DNA of 59,874 bases from a virus (Duplodnaviria; Caudoviricetes). Shown piece after piece: positions 35,213-46,000 of this stretch. Numbering within the stretch: the first letter of the stretch is position 1; every line of letters starts with the position of its first letter. Below the pieces are notes generated by a model. The model searched no databases, was not told the origin of the DNA, and saw only the letters and a list, made by a program, of their open reading frames with translations. The stretch lies in IMG/VR virus record IMGVR_UViG_3300004202_000003, positions 1 to 59,874 of that record. The stretch is one strand, 5' to 3'. Position numbers and translations under genes: made by a program.

Positions 35213-35563
35213 GTGCAAACGCTCGATCTCAACCAAGCCGCCGCCTTCCTGCGTTTGCACCCGCACACGCTGGAAGCCAAGGCGCGCGCCGGAGAGATAC
35301 CGGGAGCAAAGCCTGGCAAATGCTGGGTTTTCCTCGACGTTGATCTGGCCGACTGGTTGCGAGCACAATACCGGGCAAAAGAACCCAAGGAGGAAGCATG
35401 TCGCTCTACAAGCGTGGTCGCATCTGGTGGTGCGAGTGGGAGGTCGGCGGCGAAAGAGTTAGAGAATCGACTTACACGTCCGACCGCAAGGCCGCGCAGG
35501 AATTCCACGACCGCCGCCGTGCTGACATTTGGCGCGAGACAAGGCTTGGCGAAACCCGGATAG
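35213..35563 (+). CDS. xis: Excisionase-like HTH protein
   Basis: LDLNQAAAFLRLHP.TL...AR.GEIPGAK.GK.W.F...DL..WL; overlaps int; start GTG 35213 or 35189. Confidence 0.8.
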   Translation: MQTLDLNQAAAFLRLHPHTLEAKARAGEIPGAKPGKCWVFLDVDLADWLRAQYRAKEPKEEACRSTSVVASGGASGRSAAKELENRLTRPTARPRRNSTTAAVLTFGARQGLAKPG

Positions 35564-36546
35564 CCACCTGGGACGAAGCCGCACTGGCTTGGGTTGACGA
35601 ACACGCGCAGCACAAGAAGAGCTACGAAACCGACCGCACGCGGCTGCTGTGGCTCACCAAGCGGCTGACCGGGCAATCGCTGGCCGCCATCACCACCGAC
35701 GCCCTGCTCGGCCTGCGCAAGACGCTGCTGAAGGAACGCGAGCCGGCCACCGCCAACCGGTATCTGGCCGTGGTCTCTGCCGTGCTGCACTATGCCCACG
35801 CGAAATCCATCATCGGCGCCGTCCCGAAAATTCCCTACCTGCCCGAAGCCCGCGAGCGGTTTCGCTGGCTCACGCGCGCCCAGGCCAAGGCGCTGATCGC
35901 CGAGCTACCGGAACCTCTGGCTGCAATGACCCGCCTCGCCCTCGCAACGGGCCTGCGGCGGGCGAACGTCACCGGCTTGACATGGGACAGCCTCGACGAG
36001 GCCCGCCGTGTCGCTTGGGTCTGGCCAGACGAAGCCAAGGCCGGAAAGCCGATCGCGGTCCCGCTGAATGAGGACGCGCTGGCCGTGCTGAAGCAGCAGC
36101 GCGCCTTGCCGACGACATGGGACAAGAAGGGAGAGAAACGCAGAGACCCGAACCACGTCTTTACATACCGTGGACAGCCGGTATGCCACACCACCACGAA
36201 GGCGTGGGAACTGGCTCTGGAGCGCGCCGGCATTGCGCCGGGCTTCACCTTCCACGATCTGCGACATACCTGGGCATCGTGGCACGTCATGGGCGGCACG
36301 CCGCTGGAAGTACTGCGGCAGCTGGGCGGGTGGGCTGGGATGGATATGGTGCTGCGGTACGCGCACCTAGCGCCGGGCTATATCGCCGGCTATGCGGAGA
36401 ACGCATCCCTCACAATTTCCCCCACAGTGGGGAGCGATGTTAGTGAGAACTCTCGCGAAGAACTAGAGGGGTTGGGGTGGCTGATGGGACTCGAACCCAC
36501 GACAACTGGAATCACAAACCCGCGACCGAAGAAGAAAGCCGCTTAG
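35398..36546 (+). CDS. int: Phage tyrosine integrase
   Basis: N-terminal arm-binding region; TGLRRAN (R), AKAGK (K), FHDLRHTWAS (HxxR), LGGW, RYAHL (Y). Confidence 0.95.
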   Translation: MSLYKRGRIWWCEWEVGGERVRESTYTSDRKAAQEFHDRRRADIWRETRLGETRIATWDEAALAWVDEHAQHKKSYETDRTRLLWLTKRLTGQSLAAITTDALLGLRKTLLKEREPATANRYLAVVSAVLHYAHAKSIIGAVPKIPYLPEARERFRWLTRAQAKALIAELPEPLAAMTRLALATGLRRANVTGLTWDSLDEARRVAWVWPDEAKAGKPIAVPLNEDALAVLKQQRALPTTWDKKGEKRRDPNHVFTYRGQPVCHTTTKAWELALERAGIAPGFTFHDLRHTWASWHVMGGTPLEVLRQLGGWAGMDMVLRYAHLAPGYIAGYAENASLTISPTVGSDVSENSREELEGLGWLMGLEPTTTGITNPRPKKKAA

Positions 36547-36635
36547 ATTCAGCCAGTTGGTAGCATCGACTGTGGGGAAAAGACGCCTGAAAACGGGGTG
36601 AAATCAGGCAGTCACGGCACAATTTCCCCCACAGT
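36411..36635. repeat. Putative integrase arm-type sites flanking the attP core
   Basis: CACAATTTCCCCCACAGT at 36411-36428 and 36618-36635; inverted ACTGTGGGGAAA at 36569-36580. Confidence 0.75.
36473..36517 (-). other. attP core = 3' half of tRNA-His(GUG)
   Basis: Minus strand TTGTGATTCCAGTTGTCGTGGGTTCGAGTCCCATCAGCCACCCCA: anticodon loop, T arm, acceptor 3' strand, CCA; no 5' half. Confidence 0.9.
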
Positions 36636-36650
36636 TGTCTTCGATGGGCC

Positions 36651-37037
36651 TCAAGCGCCCTCTTCCGTCCACTCCGGTAGCGGCACGGTCTTCCCGGCGA
36701 GTGCGTGGGTACAGTCGGAGAGGAACTGAATCTGCCCGTCCTTCACGAACGAATGGCAGATGCCGCACTTGAACCGCGACGGCTTTTCGCCTTTCGCTTC
36801 CTGCTCGGCGTTGTAGGTGCACCAGCAATTGTCGCCAGGCTTGAAACCCGGAACGTGGCACCCGCAGCGGACCAGCACGGACGGGCTGAATGTCGGACGC
36901 ACGGCATCGCCATTCCATGTCCAGCGAGGCCCGTTCCCAGCGCCGTGATAGATCAGGTGCGTATCGCCGCATCCCGGGCACATGAAGACCAGCCCGCCGC
37001 CCTCGACGTCGCGCAGGAGCTTAGATAGCGCGCTCAC
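36651..37037 (-). CDS. DUF6527-like Cys/His protein
   Basis: FMCPGC..H, WTWNGD..PTFSPSVLV, CHSFVKDGQIQFLSDCTHALAGKTV; GTGA coupling to giant gene. Confidence 0.75.
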   Translation of the reverse strand: MSALSKLLRDVEGGGLVFMCPGCGDTHLIYHGAGNGPRWTWNGDAVRPTFSPSVLVRCGCHVPGFKPGDNCWCTYNAEQEAKGEKPSRFKCGICHSFVKDGQIQFLSDCTHALAGKTVPLPEWTEEGA

Positions 37038-40000
37038 GGCGTCGGCCGCCCCATCGCCTTCCGCTCCTTGCCCTTGTATTCCTCGACGGCGGCGTTCTTC
37101 TTGCCGACGATCTCGGCCACCTTCTCGTCGAGCTCGCGCTTGGTCATGCCCTGCCGCCCGTAGTCCCTGGCAGCCTGCCGCTGCTCGTCGCCCAACTCCT
37201 TGAGCTTGCCCTTCATATCCAGCACCGCATTGCGCTGGAGCGTGTCGACCGGGTAGCGCTCGAGCTTCAGGCCGAAGCCGGACGCAATGGCCTCGGGAAC
37301 CGGATAGGCGCGGCCCAGCGGATCCTCCTTGCCCTTGACGGCGTTGTCGATCTTGGTGCCAGCCCAAGTGCCGGAGTAGGGAATCGGCACGTTCGGCGCG
37401 AAACTCTTGTAGAAGTGCCCGCCGACCTTGGCCGCCTTCTCCACCCATGTGTCGGTTTCCTTGGTCAGATCCTTGCCGGTGAAGGCCGACTTGTTGACCA
37501 GGAACTCGGCCGCGATGATCAGCGGCCCGCCAGGCATCAGCGGCTGCGGGATCATCGGCAGCGCCGTCTTGTCCTGGCCGTAGTCGACCACGTCGCCGAC
37601 CGGGATCCAGCGGCGCACGTCGAGGAATACCGGATCGCTGGTCGTCCTGCCGTCGCGCAGCTTCGATTCCCTGTTCCACGGCATGCGGACCAGTTTCGGC
37701 ACGATGCCCCAGAGTCGGCCGGCCTTCTCGTCGGGCAGGTAGGCGCGCTCCTTGTCCTCGTCGCCGTCGGCACCCAGCATGGCGTAGGCCAGCGCATTCA
37801 GGCCGCCGGCCACCAGCATGTACTTGGCGATCTTCCACGGCTTCCGGGCCGCCGTCTCGGTCAGCATCGGAATCGCGCGGTAGGCAAAGGCGATGAACGG
37901 CATCGCGGTGCCGCGCATGGCGTTGATCCACGGCGCGTTGATGTGGTAGTCGAGGAAGGCCTTGCGCGCCAGCTTGCCGGCCTCCTGATCGGTCTTCCCC
38001 TCGTCGATGCTCTTGAGGAAGGCGGCCAGCCGGAATACGGAGTCCTCAGCCTGGTAGTAATCCTGCGCCTTGGTCACCACCGCGCCGGTGACGCGGCCCG
38101 CCGTCGATTGCTTGGCCGCTGCCTTGGCGCCGGCCCACGCCTCGCCGAACTGGCCATGCAGCGCCAGCGACATGATCGCGCTCACCTTGAGGATAGCGGC
38201 CTCGTCGTCGGCCATACCGACCTCTTCGCGCAACTGCTGCAACAGGGGTTCGAGAACTTCCTTCCGGAGTTCGTGCGTGGTGAACATGCCCTGCGTGGCG
38301 CCGGAGTCCTCGTAGCGATCGAGAAGCGCCTTGGCGTCCATGTCACCGTTGGCCGCCGCCACCATCAGCCGCACCGCGGCGATCGCATCCCGGGCCCCGA
38401 CGTCGTGCATGTCGGCCATCACGAAGTTGCCCATGATGTTGTTGACGTGCGTCGTCGGTGTCAGCGCGGTCTTCGATAGTTTCCATGCACGCAGGATCGA
38501 GGCGTAGGCCGCGCCGAAGGGTTCGAAGCGGCCGGCGCTGATCTGCCTGACGTCGTTCCAGATCGGGCCAGGCACTACCATGCCGGCCAGCGCGCCGAAC
38601 TTGAACACGTTGGTACCGGGAATCTTCGCCGTCGGCACCGTCACCCATTCGTCGGGCGTGAAGGCGCGCATCATGGAATCCGAGGCGTCGGCCATCTGCA
38701 GGCCTTCGTCTTCGGCCTCTTCCGGCGTCTTGGCGTACTCGTCGGCTACCCACTCATGGAAGCGCCCGACTTCGATGTCGCGGTTCATCATGAACAGCGT
38801 GCGCGCCACGGCGTACTTGGCTTCGTCGAGCTCGCCCATCATCGTGCGCTCGTCCTGGGTGAAATCGCGCCAGAGGGTGATACGGTCCGCAGCCTTGCGC
38901 GCCCGGATCTCCCAGACGCCCTCGACCTTGTAGCCGGACAAATTGGGCGGAATTGCCGTGCCCTCGGCCACGAAGGCAAAGCGCCCGGCCTCGTTCTTCA
39001 GCACCTGCACGCGCTTTCCCTTCATTTCGTCCTGCCACCAGCCCGGCGCCGAGTGAATGCGATCCGGGTCGACGTCCATCTTCAGGCCGCGGCCCTTGTA
39101 CTGGTCGCCGAGGATCTTGATCGCCTTGGCACGCTCGGCCTTCCAGGTCTTGTCGTCGGTGTTCAGGTCATACTTGGCATAGCTGCGGTGCAGGTAGGCG
39201 AGGAAGTTGCGTTCTGCCGTCTCGGCATCCAGCTGGCCAAGGCGTACCGCCTCGATCGTCAGTTTGGCGATCTGGATCTTGATGTCCTTCAGCACCTGCT
39301 GGGATTCCGGCGGCAGCTGCGCCATCAGGCGATCGGCTTCGGCGCCGCGGTTGTTCAGCCACTGGTAGGCGACGCGCGACTGCGCGCGATCGAGTGTCAT
39401 CAATCCCTCGACGAACGTCTTGGTCTGCCTGGCGGCTTTCTGCTGGGCCGTCTGCATGCCGGTGCGGCGGTCGACGTAGGACTCGTTGAGGCCGTAATCC
39501 GACACCAAGCCAGCCTTGATGCCCTCGGGCATCTTGCCGCCCAAGAAGGCCATCAGCTTGTCGTAGGCCGGGCCGGTGATCTTGGCGGCGAGTTCACCAC
39601 CAGCCTTGCGCAGGATGGTATCGAGGATGCCGGTACGGGGTTCCTGTGGTTGAGCGCCAGCGGCGCGGCGCGACTCAAGGATGCTTGGGTTCTCCGGATC
39701 GAATCGCCCGGTGTTCGACGTCGCGCTCTTGATCTGCACCGGATCGCGAACCATCAGGTTCTTGATGCCGAGTTCCTTGATCCAGACACCATCGAACCCC
39801 TGAGCCTTGAGGTAGGCGCGCACCCGCGGATCTTCTTCGAGGATGTCCCAATTCCCGGTGGCGACGTCTTGCGCCAGCAGGGAGGCCTTCTCGGGCAGCA
39901 TGCCGTTTGCGCGCATCGCCTGATCGAAGCGAATGATGTCCTGGCGGTTCTCGTAGTCGAACACCCGCTCGGCACGCACATAAACCGGAAGCACGTTCGG

Positions 40001-43000
40001 CTGCGCGTCCGCGATCTTCTCGGGTGACGTGGCTGCAAAACTTCCCGCGAACGACGGGCTCGGCGACAGGAAGATCCCGCCGTCCTGTTTGCCGCTCCTG
40101 AATACCGTAAAGTCCTTGCCGGTGCCGTGATAAAGCACCAGCGGCTTGCCGTCAGCGCGAGTTATTTTCGAACCACCAAACCACCGCTTGAACGCCGCAG
40201 ATGCTGTATCAACGGCACCGAAAGCCGACGCTGGCGCTACCGCACTTCGCGACGCCGCCACCGTCCCGCTCGGCATCGTCTCGGCGCCCAGGTTGTCGCC
40301 GCGCCGCATGTAGGCCGATGCCTGCGCCAGCAAGTCGTGGAGCTCTGCCGTAGTGACGTCAATCGCAACACCCGCCGCCCTGGCCATGTCGCGCAGCCAT
40401 TGCCGCACTACCGCGCGGACGTAGCCGAACAGGGTGCGCCCTGGGTCAGTCTCGGCCATGCGCGCCAGCACTTCCTGCGCGACTTCCTCGTCGCTGGCTT
40501 CTGGGTAGCGCAGGCGCACGGCTTCGACCGTTGCATAGTCCGGGTGTCCCGGTGCATAAATATCCTCTTCGACCGCACCTTTCGCCCGGGCCGCGCGCAT
40601 GACTTCCTTCAGGACGCCTTTGAACCGGTCGCCCATCATCTGCGCCAAGCCGAAGTGGCCGACCGCCTCGTGCATCAGCACCTGCCAGGCGCGGCCGGTG
40701 TTGATCTGGCCATTGGCGTGCTTCAGATTCATCGTGATCAGGTAGATCAGGCCGGCGTCATCATGGAACACACCCTCGGCGAATGGGCTGGGGCGGAAGC
40801 GCGCAGGTATGTCGGCGACGGTCCTGACAACACGGATGTTCAGCGCAGCGGCGCCGGCAAACTGCTTGCGAAACTTGTCGACGACGGACTGGATGGCGTG
40901 GGTCGACTCGGTAGTCACGGGATTGGTGGGATTGCCTCGCGACTCAAGGATGTTCGGGTTCGTTGCGCTGAAGGCTCCGGTGTTTGATGTGGCGCTCTTG
41001 ATCTGCGTCGGCTTGAAAACGGCGTATGTCGTGCCGCCCTCTTGGTTCTCGATCACAAGTCCATCATGCCCGAGCTTGCGCAACGCCGCCTCGCTCGGAA
41101 CGTCGCCAAGATTCCACGCCATCGAGTCGATGTAGTACGGATTCTTCATCGACAAGAAGACCGGCATTACCTGCCCGCCATCCTCGGCATCTTCCCCTGC
41201 GTAGATTTCTGCATGTTCGCTACTGTCGGAGAAGAAGAACATTGCCTCGTCGCTGAACTTCGCTGACGAGAACTTTGAGAAATCAGCCTTTGTGCCGTGA
41301 TACGCGCGCAGCGGCTTACCGTCAGCATCAACAACGGCGCTCTTTCCGAACCATCGCTTGAACTCCGCCGACTCGGTATCCACCGCCTTGGTCGACTTGG
41401 TTGTGGCACGCGACTCCATGCCGCCTTCCGGCTTATCGACCACCACCATGCGCGCATTGACACCGGTATTGACCGGCAGCGACGGGTCAAGGAAGGTTCC
41501 GTCTTCCAGCTTCTCCGACGTGCCGCCGACTTCATCGAGCCAGTTGCGGAAGGCCTGCGCTTTCTTGTCCTGGCCGAAGAACACGCCCTCACCCATGATC
41601 GCTACCAGACGCCCGCCCGGCTTCAGAAGCGTGTAGGCATGCTGGACGTGCTCGGCATCGCGGCGATCGCTGAACGGCGGATTCATGATGATGCGGTCGT
41701 AGCCGCTGTTGTAGCCGCTCTTTCTGACGCCCGTCAGTTCGTCGCGGTCGCGCCACTCGGATTGCCTGGCGTCCTTGCCAAGCGGGATGAAACCGACGCG
41801 GTTGCTGCCCATGCCACCGCTGCCGCTCATGATGCCCTCGACGCCATCCTTGTCGCGGAACACGTCGCCGTAGGTAAAGCCGCGCGGGTTCATGTCCATG
41901 AAGTCGGAACCGACCAGGCGGAAGCCCTTGGCCTCCAGCAGTTCGCGACGGTCGACAGCCATTTCGACGACATCCGGATCAACGCCGGCGGCGCGGATCC
42001 GCTCGGCGATATGCCCCCAGCCGGCGGAAGGCTCGAGCACGGACATGCCTTCCTTGACGTCGGCAGCCTGCACCAGTTCGTCGGCGACGCTGGCCGGCGT
42101 CGGGAAGAAGTCAAGGCCGTCGTTCTTGCGCCCGATCATGGCGCGCTCCATCTGCTTGATCTTGTCGACCTCAGGCGGCGCGGCACGCAAGTCCATGAAC
42201 TCGCGCAGGGCGGCGCGAAGCTCGGCCGGGGTTTCGATCCCGATGGCCTTCAGCCTGGCGCGCTCGGCCCGCACGTTCTCGAACAGGTAGGGCATCGAGA
42301 TCCTGTGACTGGAGAACTCCTTGACCTTGGCGACGACTTCCTCGCCGAAGTCCGGCGACAGCGTGATGCGCTTGTCGTCGTCGCCCTTCCAGATGCCGGC
42401 CTCTTGGGCGGCGCTGGGGCTCATGATGATGATGTTCTGGCCTCGCTTGAACGGCAGGACAACGGCCTTGCCCTTGAAGCCGCTGCGCTTGATCGCTGTC
42501 TCGGCGTCATCCTTCGACGCGAAGATGGCCGGCGCACTGTCCTTCTTCTTGAAGGTAGATACCTGGTGCAGATGCTCCTTGGCGAAGGCGAGATAGGCAT
42601 TGCTCACGTCGTCGGCAACCTTCAGTAGCGCAGCCCCTACCTTCTTGGCGCCGTCGATGTCCAGCATCTGCCGGCCCATGGTCGCCAGGTCAGAGCGGAA
42701 AGCCGTGTAGCGCGGGAAGTCGACATAGTCGGCGGTCTCGGCGGTCGGCGGCGCACTGCGGTGCTTTTCCTGATCGCCGTAGTTCGGGAACTTGGCGCGC
42801 AGTTCGTTGGCCTTGGCGGTGTGCAGGAAGCCGCGCAGCATTTCTACCTGCGCCTTCTGCCGTACGCGATCGAGGAATTTGGTTTTCCCGCTCTCGATGG
42901 CCTGGGCGATGTTGCGCATGGTCTTGGCCAGCGCCTTGTCGGAGTTCGCGGCAGCCTCGGCGTTGGCGGCCATGCGAGCGCGGCGGTCGGTGTTCTCCTT

Positions 43001-46000
43001 GCGGTCCAGGTTGAGCGATTCGTCGGCGCGCTCTTCCAGCCGGTCGGCCATTTCCGTCAGTCGTTCCACAGCGGTCTGGCTGCGGTCGTCTTCGAAGGCG
43101 TCGCGACGGGTCTGCACGGCTTCCTTGGCCTGCTCGGCATTGCCGCCGATGAAGGCGAGGAAGGCATCGGCATTCTCGCGGGTCTTGAACTGGAAGCCGG
43201 GGACGGCGCCGGCGGCGCGGTAGCTGCTGTACCAGCCGCCCAACTTCTTCGCGGTCGCGTTCCAGTGGTTGTAGACGTCGCGCTCGACGCGCTCGGCGGC
43301 CTTCACCACGAACAGCGGTTCGCCGGTCTTGGTATGCTTGGTCTCGATGACCTGGCCATCGGTTGTCGTGGCGGCGACACGAATATCCGTGCGCTGCTGG
43401 TCGCCCCTGGCCTTGCGCTCCGCGCGTGACTTTTCGGCGGCGAGCTCATCGAAGGCGACGCGCTGCTCCGGCGTCATGGTCATGCGCGCCGCGCCCAGCG
43501 TCATATCGCCTTCCGCCATCTTGGCCCGCAGATACATTTCGAAGTCGTCAAGCGTCTTCGGGTCTTTCATGGCCGCTGTCATCTGCGCGACACGCTCTGT
43601 TTGCGCGGCACGCATCGACCTGACGTGCTCGGCGTACTCGGCAAGGTCGGCGTCTGTCGTGCGCTCGACTTGGGCGCGCACGGCATTGGCATAGGCGTCA
43701 CGGCCGCCCATGGTGTAGCTGATGCCGCGCCCGATCGAGAAGTCGTCCATCAAGTCGCGCACAGCCATGGCTACAACTTGGGCCTTGGTGTCCGACTTGT
43801 ACCGCGACGCCGCCATGCCGCCCATGTGCTTGAGGATGTCGTCTTTCTTCATGGCCGCGAATTCGGCGGTCAGTTCCTCGGTGCTGTTCTGCAGGCGCTG
43901 GAAGGCGGCCTTGTACTCGGCCAGTGTTGCCGTGCCATCGCGCAGCCGGTCGACGGTGGCGTCGTGCTCGGCGAGCGTGGTCTTGATGTTGGGGTTCTCG
44001 CGGCGGGCCTGGTCCTGTGCTGGCACGCGATCGGCATCGGTCAGGCCTTCGCCATGCTTCTTGTTCGCGGCCTCGACGACCGACGACAGCGGAACGGTAT
44101 CCTTGGGCTTGGCCGGCGCCGGCCGCTCGGCCTTGTAGGCGAAGCCGAACGGATACCAGAGGCCGTCGACGCTGAACTCGCGCCGCGCGTGCGAAATGCC
44201 GTCGATGTCGCCGAACTGGTCTTTTCCGCTCAGGGTGTAGCGGACGTATTCGCCGCGCTCGAACGTCACTGGCTCCATTGCGTCGCCGTTCAGGCGTTCC
44301 AGCGTGAATGAATCCCTGTCCTGCTCAGTCGGCATCGCCACATGGTCAACGATCTTGTCCTTGCCTGGCGCTGTCGCATGCCAGCTCGGCGGCTCCATCC
44401 GGTCATCCTTCGGCACCCACTGGTCACCGTCCTTCTTGACCTGTTGAACCTTCACGTTCCACTGGCCGGGAAGATCGCCCTCCTTAAATTCCAGAACCTT
44501 GTCGTACTGGTTCCAGTAGTCGACGTGGATGATGTTGCCCGGCGTGTAGAACTCGCGCACAGCAGCCAGCGGATCGGCTTTGGGCTTCTTGCGCTTCGCC
44601 ACTTCGGCCTTTGCCTTCTCCGCTGCCGGCTGGCTGCTCTTGGCGATCTGGTTGAGCATGCCGTCCGACATTTCCGAGACCGGCTTGCCGGCGATTGATG
44701 CGTCAGGTTGAGCGGCCGCCTTTGCTTCATCCCAACCGCGATACCAGTCGCGCGGATTCTTCCCGGTGGCCGTGGTGAAGTAGGACGGCAATTCGCGCGG
44801 CTTACCTGCTTTGAAGTCGGCGACCCCGGAAGCGTAATGCAGCCCCTGATCCCGGCTTGCCGTCTCGCCAGCGCCGACTTTCTGCTTATGCCCAAGCTCT
44901 GACTCCGCCACGATCATGTAGCCGTCCTGCTGCGTGCGGACCTCGAGCCTGCCGTCGGGCAGAATCTTGGTGACGGTGCCGGCGATGTTGACGCGGCCAT
45001 TCACGCCAGGCTTGGTCAGCTTCACCACGTCGCCGACCTTGCGGGCATCGGCAGCCGCGCCGCCCTGGATGGTCGCTACTCCATCGTCACCCACAGCTAT
45101 TGCCTTGGAAGCAATATTGGCAGGGAGAAGGAACTCAGCGCCATCGGCCACAACGCCTGTTTGAACGTATTTCGGTAGATCTGCTGTTGAGACGTCGACG
45201 AATGAAATGGGCCCGCCGTAGCCTTCGCTGAACGGTAGAGCAATCCCGATGAGCGAGTTGGTGAATTGCGGGTTCTTGCCGACCTCGCCCGGTCGGTTAC
45301 CGCGCCACAAGCGGGTCATTCCGTCGGCTACTGGTGGAAGCCCGACCTCGATCTCTGCTGCCTTTTGACGAAGTTGCCGAATTCTCGGCGTGTCGGCAAA
45401 TCCATCATCTACAGCTGGCGGCTGTTTATCCTGGTCGTCGATCTTGGTCAGGAAGCGGGCGCCATGCGAGATATTGCCGTCGATCTCGAAAATCCCCTGC
45501 TCTTTGTCCTGGACCTTCGTGATCTTCCCGGTTCGCACCGGATCAATCAGTTTCGTGCCGTCGGCCTGGGTGTAGGTGCCGCGAGCGATGTATGAAACCC
45601 TGTCGCCGACTTTGAGCGACTTCATCGCCTCGCGGTTCTCCGCGAAGCCCTTGTCGATTTCGGCGTACTTGTCGACTACCGGTGCAGGCGCATCGAACAG
45701 CCCGCCCTGCCCCTGCGCCGCCAGCACGTCCGCGGGCCTGTCACTGCCGGTAAGTTGGAATGATCCGCGCTCGGCATCGGCCTGGCGCTTGTCCTCGGCC
45801 GCCTGTTCGTCCTTGAGGCGTTGCGCCTCGGCGGCCTGTGCTGCCCTGTCGCGGGCTGCTAATTCTGCTTCGCTTTGGCTGGAAAGGGTGAGGGCAGGCC
45901 GTGCTTCTTCGCCTGAAGCTCGATCGCCACCCGGCGCGACGCCAGTTCCATCACCTTCTGCTGCTGCCCGGCCGGCAGCTTCTGCAGGCTTTTCGGTGGC

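Noticed and set aside
36473-36517. Functional tRNA-His gene
   Set aside because: Only the 3' half is present; the 5' acceptor strand and D arm are missing
35398-36546. Integrase as an integron integrase (IntI)
   Set aside because: It has a phage-type N-terminal arm domain, xis, arm repeats and a tRNA attP; no IntI-specific insertion or IntI motifs were recognised. An HMM comparison would settle it.
37038-37931. Long N-terminal extension of the 426-aa ORF 36651-37931
   Set aside because: Alternate frame of the giant gene; the recognisable domain starts at GTG 37037
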